Of a DNA stretch of 64,000 nucleotides, positions 42,324 through 54,791 are shown piece after piece. The notes under the pieces were generated by a model, which was not told the origin of the DNA, did no database searches, and saw only the letters and a program-made list of their open reading frames with translations. Made by a program: the position numbers and the translations under genes. How positions within the stretch are numbered: position 1 is the stretch's first letter; each line of letters opens with the position of its first letter. The DNA comes from Tubiluchus corallicola (taxonomy: Eukaryota > Animalia > Priapulida), in NCBI GenBank assembly GCA_030141605.1, contig JAQGDQ010000144.1, positions 434,001 to 498,000 of the forward strand, given 5' to 3'.

Positions 42324-42688
42324 GGCTTTCTGGTTACAATCTATACATCTATGAATGACATCAATCCAAGAAACTTTTGACAACAACTGCGATTCTTAGG
42401 GAAGAAGAAATCAGCACTTTGGCAGCAGACCCTAACCAAATTATTTTCAACTCTCATTAGGTTATTTTGTAAGCTTTCATTTAAAACGCTGGGACAGATA
42501 TCTACAACTTTTAAGTAAATTTTCTTTTTTCATTGCTAAATTATACTTAACATTTGTCTATGAAGATAACTATGAAGATCACAGCCTACTGTAATTTTTT
42601 TTCTGTTTACGTAGTATTTAACTTATATAGCTTTGCCAATGTACATTGTACGTATTTGTGCAAATAAAACTGAATTGAATTGAATTGT
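42324..42688 (+). mobile_element. Probable LINE 3' end
   Basis: Ends AATAAAAC followed by three TGAAT units, a tail style seen in L2/CR1-group elements. Confidence 0.4.
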
Positions 42689-42940
42689 TTTACCTCAAAT
42701 TGAGCACATGCGTATTAGCGGAAGTTTCTACTTTGGCTAGTGGCGTACGTCGCGTCCTATAGTGAAAAAATGACAAGCGCAGAAGCAGTTTGGTGTAACA
42801 GAGCTGGTTTTCTTTTATTTTAGACTTTTGACTGCCCATTCGGCGTATTCAATAGACGCTAGATGTTCAAGTCACAAACGTCACTTGTCGTAGTCCAAGA
42901 GATCTGACCGGCATAACACATTAGTTAATGCTGCCTGATT

Positions 42941-45900
42941 ATGACTGATAAAGTAGATGTCAATTTCTTGTCCATTATTTATGAAATTATTAGAAGGTAA
43001 TTTCTGCACAATTGTAATACTGGATTATGACTTCAATTATAGGCGGTTTGGTTAAGATTGTTTTCAAATAGCTAAATTTGTCTACTAATGATTTAACGAT
43101 AGACCACGATGTATGACTAAGTACCAATACGTTAGTTTTTTTGTACATGTATATGTATATTTTTATATGTATGATAGTAACCTGAAGTTCTACCTGTATA
43201 CAGTTCATTTCAATTTTCTTTTTGTATTTGCCAATATATGTAATGTTAATTGCACATTTGCATAGTTAAATTCAATTTTAATTTATTTATCTCTATAATA
43301 CTACAATAAAACCTTATTATATTAATAAAAGAATCACTAATATGTTTTGAAGAATGGTTAGAATGAATAGATAGATCTAGAACTAGAGAAAGGCTATAAA
43401 GTCACTTGGTCTGCTATCCTTTACCCAATATAGATAAAATGATTGTTAAACACTGGTGGGCATTAATCTTGTCAGATTAATTTAGGAAACATTATTAATT
43501 TTCAAGATTATGACATTTGCTATATAATTAAGTAATCCAGAGGAAAGAAAATACATGTACTATAAATTAGTGGGCAACAGAATAGGGTCAATCTTGCATA
43601 AACTAAAAATAGCATTTTGATTTTGAGTGAAAAACAGGTCAAATTTGTTATGTAATAATAAAAACACTTCGGGTTAATAATGCAATTAATCAACAACAAG
43701 AATTAATTTGGGTTCAAGTTCATCTTTTCTAGGCTTATTGATTAAAAATAAATCTACTGACTTACATTAGTAGACATTACATGTAGCTATATAGGTTTTT
43801 TTTACTAATTTTGTAAAGGAGAGGTAAGACTTTTGCAATCTGTGAACAAAATCTGAAACTTTACTCATAAAATAGTACTGCGGTATGACTTTAATAATTG
43901 CTCTGGTAAGTAAAGAAGAGAAGAAAGACGGAGAGACAGATAAGATTTATGATAATATCTGTAATGGCCAGTGGATTTACTAATTTGTAGTGTTATAAGC
44001 AACAGCATTCAAAGCACGAATCTGCAGCTCATTATTCAATAATTGAAAAAAGGAATTAGCTGAGTATTATAGTATATTTTCTGAGCCACAGTTTCTTGCC
44101 ATGCTGTAGTATTTTCAGTTTTATGAATATTAATGTAGTTAAAATGTTGCAGCTGGTAAAAAAGTTAGAAAGTCTAGAATATATTGCAGATTCAAAATTT
44201 TTTTCAATGGGGGACAATAATGAAATAAGCCTATAGCTAAAAGGAACATCTGGGTCATTAGATTTGTAAATTGCTAATATTTTAGCTAGTTTTAGTTTAT
44301 CAGGAAAAGTACCTAGTGAGAGTGATTTATTGATTGTATGAGTTAGAACTGTAATGATTATGTTAGCAGTCATTTTATAGTATTTTATTGGATCATTCTC
44401 AGGACCAGCAGCCTTACTAGTATCGAATTTTAATATAAGCAATGTAATTTCCTATATGATGACAGGATTAAAAAAAAATTTGGTTTTGATTGGTTGGGCC
44501 AAAAAATTGATAAGGATCAGCAGAGGTGTTAATGTTATGTTTTTGCCAGCTGCTGTAAATAAGTTGTTGACATTATTTGCTATTAGCTTAGGATCTGTGA
44601 TGTCGTTTGTCATTGCACTAATTTTCATTGGAGTAACCAAATTTTTCTTTTTGTTACCCCGAATTTCATTTAAGCATGTCCAAACCATGTCTAAAATTAT
44701 TCTTGTTATTATTGATAAGATTTTGATAATATTTTTTCTTGGATTGGGCCTTAATATGATAAAGTTTATTGACATAATTTTTTGCCTTAGAGTAGAATTA
44801 GACAGTTTATGAGTTTTATGCATTTTACTGTGATTATGAATAGAATTTAAAATAGCAGGTGTTATCCATGGCTTCTTCAATGTTGATTGCTCTTTTCTGG
44901 GTAAAGTTTTTATGAGATCATGTTTATTAAGAATATTGATGAACAAAGTGAAAAACGAATCTATACAGCAATCAACATCTAAGCTGTCAGGATTTATAGA
45001 GTACAGAGAATTTGTCAATTCATTCATAAAGTCAGCCTTGCTGAAGTTTTTTGTGCATCGAACTTGGACTTTAGTAGATGAATTCTTCGCGTATTTGTAA
45101 GATGATTTGATGATTGCAAATATTGGCAAGTGATCACCAGCTGGATACATGAATACTCCAGGTGAGATATGATTATCTAGGTCATTTGTGTAAATATGGT
45201 CGGTTAAAGTTTGTGAAGAGCTGGTTAGTCTCGTTGGTCGCGTGATTATGGGAACAAACTGATTCATCAAGGTAATTGCTGACAGAATTTGATTTCTCTC
45301 TCTTTCTGAACAAAATTAAATAAGAGTCCGTGTGATTACTGCTTGTTTGTCCATAGTGTTAACTTTCTTCCCTTTGCCAGCTCAGGAAATTCTGAACCTG
45401 ATTACGAGATTTTTATTTAAGATTTAATTCTTGCCATTAAGAAAATTTTATGTCTGTGCTACATTTTCTGCTATGTTGTTTTTTATTTCTGTTTCCAGTT
45501 TTGAAAAAGATTCTCATGATGTAACGCAGAAGATAAGTGAATTACGACAAAGATTTGAAGTTTGTCGTGAGCAAGTCAATCAACTTCCTGGTATCGACCA
45601 TAGCCAAGCTGAACAATTACAACAAATCGAAATTCTCAGGCAACAGGTATCAATTTCTTTCACAAATTAACAAAACTTGTGAGACAGTCATCAGCAACCC
45701 AAAACTAAAGGGTATCTTTAAAACTGGATATTCGTTTTGAATTGACAATATGTGAGCACCATCGGAGAAGCTTCACAAGAATGCGTCTTCAATCACATAG
45801 GCTGCAGATAGAAACGGGTAGATGGGCGAGACAGCCAAGGAAAAATAGGTTATGTCTTTGTGGGGACATTCAAACTGAAAAACTCGTTATACAGACATGC

Positions 45901-48834
45901 CCCCTAACATCTAATATTAAAAACCACTACCATAATGTAAACTTTGCTGATTTAACTCACTTCTTTGAGCACCCTAATTGTTACATAATATGTCATGAAA
46001 TTTTGCATCTTTTATGATGATGTACTAATTAGTATGAAGTGAATGCCATGTAGTGAAGTGTATAAATGGTGTAACATCAGTTCTGCGTATAGGCATTTTG
46101 CTTATAGATTTACCGTTGTGTTCTTACCAAATTTTAAGTATCCTGTATGCAACACTGTTTTTAATGCTGTAACCTTGAGTAGAAAATGTGCGTAAAGTGA
46201 CATTTGGACTAAAATCACTAATGTATCGAATGTGGCATTTACTTCGTTCCTCATGTATACATTTAAATTTGATTTGGTCAACAAACTACATACATACATA
46301 TGTATAAGATGAGACAAAACAAGAAAAACAGTTTGTGTTAATCAGTTGCATACACATTAGCCTGTGCAAACCCAAACTATTAATATTAGTCTAGTCATAA
46401 TTGGAAAGTTCTTTCAGGTGGGTCGCTAGGCTTGGTGGCATACCTATTGCAGTACTCATGGTATCACTCGTGCATTAGAGCTCATATACTGTATCATACA
46501 AAATCCTATAGTAGTATCTTATGTACGTAGCTAGCATTTGGTACGTGGCGACTAAGAGAAACATCATCTAGACAACATCATTTTGTTTTCCATCCTACTG
46601 AGTTGAAGTGCTAAGAACACATTAGTACATTGACAATGTTTGTTTTAAGATGAAGCTTTTCATATTTTTAATGTTTTAATTTTTTTACATGAGATATTTA
46701 CACATTGAGGCAACACTTTTAATCATATGACGATACACTACTTAGTTAAAATATCAAAAGAAATTGGCATTAAAACATAAAACAATTCTTTATTTACTAA
46801 CTGTATGTCAACAATCTGAACTTTCCTGTAATTCTAAACTGTAACTCTAGGCTTCCTTTACTAAGTTTAGGATACGTTTACTTTCTTTTCCTGTTTTCCT
46901 GAATGCTGTTAAATTGCTTTAACTGATCAATGAAATTAAAGAGGAAAACAAGACAAAAATATAGATAAATAAATGGACAGTCAGGTAGATACTTGGGTAG
47001 ATGGGTAGACTTTGTGTTTTCTGTGTTCCTTATTGCTGTTAAATTGCTCTAAAGGACCAATGAAATTAAGAGAAAAACAAGACAAAAATATAGATAAACA
47101 AATAGGCAAGCAGGTAGATACTTGGGTAGGTAGGTAGATACGCAGGCAGGTCAGTCAGTCGATCGATTGCCACTTGGTCAGTCAGTTGGTAGACAGGTGG
47201 GTAAGGCAGGTAGGTAGTAGATAAGTACATAGATAGATAGACAGACAGATGGATAGACAAAATAGACCATGGGTCCATTGGTTCCCAACCTTCGGGTCGC
47301 GGTTGGGAACCATTGAAATAGATGAACCGACAGAGAAAGAGAGATAGAGAGAGGGGACGAGGGACAGAAAGGGAGAGGAGAGAGAGAGAGAGAGAGAGAG
47401 GGGGGAGCCTTGTGGTCTGCTGTGTACTATGATTCGTGCATCGCTTTCTTGTGAAAGGTCTAATTCTAATCTGTTACAAAAAACACGTTCTCTGTATATC
47501 AGATTTCTGTTATTTCTCCTATTCCACAACAACATCAACCACAGCCATTTTAAATGCCTGCTATGGCAGAAATTGCATTTACATAGGCTATAATCTTTGC
47601 ATAAAGTTAGGAACAAATTTAAGAAGATTTTTACGAAAATACTCATGTGAATCCATGCATTGCGCTAAGAACGTTCGTATGAAAAAACTTTAATGAAGTT
47701 TGCAAGAACTTTAATGAATCCGGCCCCTGGGCCTTACTGCTGCAAACTTGTCATTACTTCGTAAAAATCAGTTACTTTGACCAAGTCACTTTAAACTGAT
47801 TTATTGTGTCACCCCAGGATAGTGTGGTGCGCACCCCACGCACCACCCTAGTGACGTCACTGAGTTCTTTCAATGTTGACCTATGATTGCAACTTTTGAT
47901 TTTTGGTAGTACATTACTTAAATTATATTCTCCTTTTTCAAGTTTGTATCACAGTATTGATGTGTTATGGCAGTGTAGTTTATCACATATTTGAAATTGA
48001 ATTCAAAAATCAAAGATCAGGGGAAAATTTTGACGTGGACTTTGTGCATGATACACCAAGCTAATGGAAATTTACCATTGTTTACTCTGCATTCCCTAGC
48101 AAGCTTTGTTCTTACCAGTATGCGTTAAATAAGCATCAAGATTGCTTGTGTGCATTAATAACATTCACTGCTGTATTTAGTTTACTGTTTATTTAGCAAA
48201 TTATCAGTGGTGTTAACAAGGGAAGCCTCAAACCACAGGAGCTACATAGATGTATCCAACACTCAAAATTCTGGCGCTTCTGCAGATTTAAATTCTTTAT
48301 AAATGACACAATACCAGAAGCTGCTGAATATTAATTTTATAGTTAATGTACGTACTACATAGTTTACACAATGTACACTTGATGCATTACTAGTATTAGA
48401 AGTGGATAAAAAGTAAATAGTTTTTGAGCTTTCACCAAATAATTCATTCACAAACTGATTAAATTGTTAAGATAAGGTTGTAAAACATTAGTTAGCTGAA
48501 AAGAAAGAAATGTAAAAATGTTGCATTGAGCATGATGATTCTAGTATTGGTTTTTTTGCCAGGGTCCCTGGTTCAAATAGTTTTGCATTTGTTTTTTTTT
48601 GTTTAGCTTGATACCTAAAACTTAATAATTGTGAGACGTTTCCATCATTAATTGATAACCTCAAGTGACATTTAAGATTTTAAGCCATTTATTGATTTTT
48701 TTTCAAGCCGTTCACTATAACGAAGAAATGTGCTTTATAGTAACTTTAGTTTATTTATTCTTTAGGTAAAGTTAAAAAACGAATTGTTGTTAAAATACAA
48801 GAACTTGTGCAACTTTGATGTTTTAAAAGGATAA
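42941..48834 (+). CDS. MED9: Mediator subunit 9, 90 aa
   Basis: Exons 42941-42996, 45499-45646, 48766-48834: MTDKVDVNFLSIIYEIIRS FEKDSHDVTQKISELRQRFEVCREQVNQLPGIDHSQAEQLQQIEILRQQ VKLKNELLLKYKNLCNFDVLKG*; matches recalled MED9 motifs (DKDS, PGI, KNELL.KYK.LC). Confidence 0.9.
44056..45270 (-). mobile_element. Degenerate CR1/L2-group LINE (APE end plus RT start) in MED9 intron 1
   Basis: ITRPTR...TLTDHIYTN, DHLPIF, KPWIT, KAAGPE, GTFPDKLKLAKI, YRLISLL; several frameshifts. Confidence 0.85.
45690..46017 (+). mobile_element. LINE ORF2 3' fragment in MED9 intron 2
   Basis: RRSFTRMRLQSHRLQIETGRW...RLCLCGDIQTE motif. Confidence 0.75.
46904..47405. repeat. About 130-bp diverged duplication followed by TAGA/GA simple repeats
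   Basis: TGCTGTTAAATTGCT...CAGGTAGATACTTGGGTAG at about 46904 and 47034; (GA)n at about 47378-47400. Confidence 0.75.
47276..47315. mobile_element. 40-bp hAT-type remnant (two TIRs almost fused)
   Basis: CATTGGTTCCCAACC-TTCGGGTCGC-GGTTGGGAACCATTG; no clear TSD. Confidence 0.55.
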
Positions 48835-49003
48835 GACGCTACCGAGCTCATTGTGCTTTAGGAGGACAAGTTCTGCGCATACGAATCACAATTTGTGCAA
48901 ACTTTTGTGTGTTGCCAAAAGAGACAATTCTTCTTTTGTAATTGGGTGGAGCATTAGCAAGAAAAAAATTACAGTTTCTGTGGCTAGTATTATTTTTTCA
49001 CAG

Positions 49004-49387
49004 ATGGCAACTCAGTACAGAAAATTTGTGCGACTTCTGGAAATGTGGCCTGTGGATAACAGTAAAGTCGGTCGCGATTTAGGGCAACACATTCGGAACA
49101 AAGTAGCGGAGACATTTCGTGAGGGTGATGCCACACGTATTCCTGACATTAAAGCATGTGAGCAACAGTATACGGCATTGCAACAGATTAGTGCAGACAT
49201 TTACAAGAATAAATATCCAGTATCATTCAATGATGGAGTTGCAGCAAGTGGTTTGACATACAATGAATGCCATTTGATCATGGCTACCGACAGCCTGCAA
49301 ATACTAGACCGAGAAAACAGGAGATGGTGGCAGTCAAAGGCAAAATCAGAACAAAAGAAAAGAAAACTAGGGAAACAGTCTTCATGA
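49004..49387 (+). CDS. UQCC2: Ubiquinol-cytochrome c reductase complex assembly factor 2, 127 aa, intronless
   Basis: MATQYRKFVRLLEMWPVDNSKVGRDLGQHIR...AETFREG...YKNKYP matches recalled UQCC2/MNF1; the ATG directly follows TTTTTTCACAG. Confidence 0.92.
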   Translation: MATQYRKFVRLLEMWPVDNSKVGRDLGQHIRNKVAETFREGDATRIPDIKACEQQYTALQQISADIYKNKYPVSFNDGVAASGLTYNECHLIMATDSLQILDRENRRWWQSKAKSEQKKRKLGKQSS

Positions 49388-51273
49388 TTAGAGTAGGTAG
49401 CTTTTTAATTTGTTAAAACAATTAACATGTCCTCTTAGTTTAGGCTTAGAATTTCTGTATTACGAAATAGTACAATAGCTCTAATGAGTAGGGAAAGGGA
49501 CAGGATTGATTGAGCTCCCTCAAAAGGGTTGGGGCCATGCCCCAAATACACTTCCTGCATATTAAACTATCTTTCAAGTCATAAATAGGAAGGAACTAGT
49601 TATTTTATATGCACCAATTTCCGACATTTTGGTAAATCTTATCTAAGACTGATAAAGCCTTGTAATCTCTAAAATCCTAAAGACAAGTAAAATCCCTTTC
49701 AATGATTTCAAGTTGTTCATCTTTTTGTGCATTGGGTTTGCTTAAAAAGTGCACTCTACATTGTGACCCTAGAAAAATACATTTTATATTCGCAATATGT
49801 TAAAAACTCAGTTGATGAAAATTGTGAATTAAATCAGACATGCCAACTCTTTATGCATTAGGTGTGTGTCTCATGCATTTTAAGCCTTTCACACGTGTGC
49901 ACGCATCAAATTTCAGTTCTCAGGTATTCCACAACTTCACACACAAGTTTGCAAATCACCTGACTTGAATGGCTTCCTTTGCCACCAGTATCAATCACAA
50001 CATAATTAGTAGTATCACTCTCAAAAATACAGTAGCATTTGTAAGTTTCAGGATGTATATTATACTAAATGGTATTACAATTTTTGAAAACTAAGCACTT
50101 TTTAGTGCTATTGATCTTTTTCACGTGTTAAAACAACATTATTTATGTATAAAGCTTGGTGAACTCCAAAACAGCATAAGAAAGCTCACGGGTACCCAAA
50201 AAAATTACCGTATAATAATTTTTATTTTGTTGCCTTAATTTTTTGATAATTTGATTTTGATGCCCAAAAAAGCAAAACGTTCTGGGTATAGAAAATACCC
50301 TCCCTCTTCGTTCCGAGTAGCACTTCTACCATTGGTCATTGATGATTAAATTTAACAAAAATGTTACCTTTGTGAGGAGAGAAATGGGCGTCACCCTTTG
50401 ATACCCAGGTAAGCGTTTGTTTCAAACAAAACAGACAACGAAAATAATAAATGCAGGCAGGCAAACACAAATGCTGCAGACACATGGATTAATCAGAACT
50501 GTAAATGATTTTATTAAAACTTGTAAAAATACAAAATAACACCAAACTCTGTAAAAAAATTAACACAAAAGCGGTTTTCTTTCCATCTGCTAAAAAGTAG
50601 TTCCCAACTTCTCCACCTACTTGCCAAATTATTCCGCATTAACAAAAAAAAGAAAATTATTATTCCCTACGTTCCTCGCTAATATTTATTTGATTGGGGG
50701 ATAATTTGCCCCCTAGATCCGTGGTAAGGGCGAGACGAGCCCCAAGTTTTCTATGTTTCACACTCATTTTAAGTCCAAGTGGTTAGGAGCTCTGATTAAA
50801 TTATTTCTCAAAAATGCAAGCATTGCTTCTTGTTCATGCTACATCGCACACACTTCAAAGCTTAAAAATACTGTAACATTTTTAGAATGAAAGAAAAGCA
50901 AAACTTTTGAGACAATGTGTATATTTATGTAGAAAAGAACATAAACGATACTATCTAGATTTATTGACAAAAACTTTCATATGGAAAGCTAGAGAGAAAG
51001 TATATCTGTGGAAGTAAAGTAGTTCATGGAAGCTCTGAAAGTCATGTAAGAGTGGTGGATAGTTTCTTTATGAACGAGAAGCATTTCATAAAAAACTGTG
51101 GTCATTCGTCTTTGTTGCATGGCTGCTAGCACAGCTGCATCCCAACTTTTATATTAATTTATAAATAAATAAAATGTATAACACAATTTTTTTATATAAT
51201 TTGCAAGGTGAGTTTTTTGTGCCTCGGAAATGTTGGATTCACATTCGTGATGCATTTGTGTATTGAGATTCAA

Positions 51274-54200
51274 TTAAAAGTATGATTCTACTGCTGAAGC
51301 AAGTTCTTTTGGTACACAGCGTCCATCAAGACCATATCCAAAATAGTCTGCTAAAACACAGCGAGTCTGGGGTTTACATTCGACGTCAAGTGCCCATCGA
51401 CTGCATTTATCTTTGCCATTCTGTAAATAACAAACATTTGCTTGAAGATATGATCATTGAAGTCAGTAGATTTGATAATTGTACATTGTATAATATAAAG
51501 CAGTCAAATTGTCATTGCTGTCATCATCATCGTCATCACCAGTGCTAATGATCACTTTGAATGAATTTTATGCAATAATGAGAAATAGAATTTGATGCAT
51601 TTTTATAAAAATCTTGATTCTGCAACTTGTATTAGACACCTTCTATGCGCAGTGGTATTCAATATAATTTCTGCCAAGAATTTAAATTTTTCAGTTTATG
51701 TTATTATACAATTTATAATAATATTAATAATCAAGAACATAAGTGTTCGAAGTTAATCACCTACTTTGTATTTTGTTAAAAGTGTGAGCACTTCGTCTGA
51801 CACGCAGACGCCATTTTCTCCAAAACTTTCTGACTGTGTTTTGGCAGTTCCAATGCATGTCAGCTCATCACCACATGAACCAGAGAACCAGTCACCTTCT
51901 GGTCCGCACGGACTTCCAGGACCCTATGTACATGATGTTTTTATACTTGATATCTGTTTGATAGATAGTGCTCTTTCTATGAGTATTAGCTCTAAAAGCT
52001 GAAATACCTTCAGCAAAACAATCCTATTCATCGGGGCAAGGTCACATATAAGGCATAATAATGTTTTAAGCTTAATTTTAAAGCTCTGCCTATTAATGTT
52101 TAAGCGCTGTTATAACTCCGCATTTCATTAAATAATTTTGATATCAAAGTTAAAAGACAGGATTATAATATCATCAGTCAAAATGCATACATGGGTTAAA
52201 AGTGAAGTATAGTCTAGGAGACAGCTTGAAAACTGTTGAGATTTCATGAAATTATAATTTTTATAAATTTAAGAGTCGTTTTGGTACCGTGGAGCTCATT
52301 CAGTAAGTACAATTAATCGGTATGGCAATCTTAATGATGCAAACTTTACATATAGTATTGTTTTTGCAAGGCAGTGATAGGCATCATATTACTTGCATGT
52401 AATCACATATAGACATGTAATTGAGCATTTTTTTATATAGTTCAGCACACTGTGCAAGCTGGAATCAAGCATCCTTGGGGGGGAAAGCGGTGTGGTCAGA
52501 GCAGTGACAAAGAACTGAAGATCTTCCAACAGATCTTGCTTATTTGTTGAGTACTGATTGACGACATATTTTTTTAATGATCTTAGCATCCAGTCTGTCT
52601 TTCAGGATAGCTCCAATGTTTTTACGGACCTGAAGTCCAGCAAATTTTCAAGCTATTCAATTCATCCGAAAAAATAATTCCACAGTTTTTAGGTCAATGC
52701 TCCGATCATACTGCTCAAGACTACAAGCTGCGCATGATCTGCAAAGCATGATAGATATGCAATTGTTTAAACAAAACACTGATGTAATAAATTGTTCTGT
52801 ACTATTATTTGTTACTTTTGTAAACCACCACCCATAGCAAAATGTTGTGTACCAGCTTGTATATAGATGGTGGCAAAATCAGAACCTAGGATTTCATTAT
52901 CTGTGATAACTGGTAAGCCTTATAATGGTGAAAGCTTGAATTGACCAATCTAGGCATCTTAATCACATTAATTTAGTTCAAGAGTAGTTTTATTATAATA
53001 ACTTAGATTACAATATGGCTAGATACTGGAACAAGACAGTTTTACAACTAATAAATGTTCTCACCAATGAATCATAACTCTTGGAAGAGTGCACACAAAA
53101 AGTGAACAGTAGAAGCATTGCAGTATAACTACTAGCAAGGTACATACATAGCATAATGTTGAGAATAACATTAATGTTACTATGTAAACGATATAAACTA
53201 ATACAATGGTAAGAAGCACTTAGTAAGAAAAATAAATGTCTAGTTTCAAGCTTAAATACTTGAATATTAACAGTTAGATGTAGATGTTGATTGCCACGAG
53301 GAAGCAGATAAACAAGTTCTTTTGTTGACAAATTATAAATTCTAATATTAAAAGAGAATAAATAAGTACAGAGTTGTTCAGTAGGCCTACTCGAACTTGG
53401 AAAGTCAACTAATTAGAAAACGCATAAGGATATCAAGAGATGCACCTCATTTACAGGTAGGCGAAACAGGTAGAAGACAATTTCCTTGTATCTGTTCCAA
53501 GTATGAAATTTTATTTTACATTTTTTAGGTTTGACATATGTCCACAAGAAGAAATGCTTATAAGATTTGTCTCACCTTTGCACAGATTGGGCAGCATTCG
53601 CAGTCAGGTGTTCGTTCTCCATACTGGCAATTTTGAGATGGAGGACATGGGTCTCTTTCAACTATAATTTTGAATGTTCCATCACTCTGCAGCTCAATTC
53701 TCTGTTCTTCACATACAGCAGTGCATGCTAGGGAATACTTGATAAACAGTAGTCTGAAAAAGTGCAAAGTAATATAATAATTGATAGACTGTATAACACA
53801 AATTAAGACTAAAGGGTAACTAAAGCTTTCATGACGATAGAATCTGATTAAGGCCAGGAGACAGACATGGTGCTGTCCACATTTTTGATATTAAGCTGTG
53901 CTCCATGGTCAATTTGCAAATTTTGCAACAAAGTTTTTTATAGAGAAAGGTAGTCAAGTCACTAGATTAACTTTGTCTGTTATTGGAATTTACAAAAAAA
54001 TATCATTTGAGCAACAATAATGTAAAAAATACTGTACTTTGGAGGCTTTAATTGTGAATGTAGTCAAGGTACAATATTATAATACCTACTATTAGCGGCA
54101 CCTAGTATATTGTACTTCATTTACCAGCAATGTTTAAAATTAACAAGAGATTTTTTTGAAATGGAAGTGTAAACTATGGAAATTAAAAAGTGTATTCTTT

Positions 54201-54701
54201 TAATTGTATTTGAAATTAATACAAAATTTTATCTTACGCTGGCATCAAATGTAAGGCAGAAATATATGCCTTTAGACAAAAAATTGTATAGAAGTCTTAT
54301 TTACAAATATGTACTTTTTGTGGCTCTTGTGGTTATCAGAGTTATCAAAGGCAACCTTCAAATCTCGGTCTTTATGCGAAGTCAAACAAGAAATTAGACA
54401 TTATAAAACTTTTAGCTGTATTGGCCAGGTGCTTTAATTAAGACAGCAACTGCCTGAATGATAGAATTGCTAATAAAGCTAGGAAAATCAGGAGGAACAG
54501 CTGTTCTGACTTTAAAAGAGTCACTATCCTAAAATTAATTTTTGTTTAAATTTTCATCATTCTATTTACATTTTGTAACTGGTGTTTTTTTTCGTGGTTA
54601 TAGAGCATTGTCATTGAGTATAATACCTAATCAGATAAAGAGAACAATTCAAATTTGATTATATTCACTCACCCAGACAAAATTGCAATAAACTGCGCCA
54701 T
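51274..54701 (-). CDS. Secreted 170-aa cysteine-rich IGFBP N-terminal (IB) domain protein
   Basis: Exons 54701-54673, 53753-53576, 51923-51765, 51420-51274, all phase-compatible; signal-peptide-like MAQFIAILSGLLFIKYSLA; DCECCPICAKGPGSPCG...GSCGDELTC...GVC. Confidence 0.82.
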
Positions 54702-54785
54702 TCTGGAGTTTTTTTGTGTACCTATTTGTACCGAGACCTAGACAGTAAGTTGGTTGGTTAATGATGAAATCTGCAACCACCAGTC

Positions 54786-54791
54786 TTTATA
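54786..54791 (-). promoter_or_regulatory. TATA box candidate for the IB-domain gene
   Basis: TATAAA about 85 bp upstream of the ATG. Confidence 0.45.

Noticed and set aside
47066-47693. ORFs over the TAGA/GA region
   Set aside because: Low-complexity translations inside MED9 intron 2.
48851-49003. 51-aa N-terminal extension of UQCC2 in the ORF track
   Set aside because: Starts at TTG; homology begins at the ATG at 49004, right after an acceptor.
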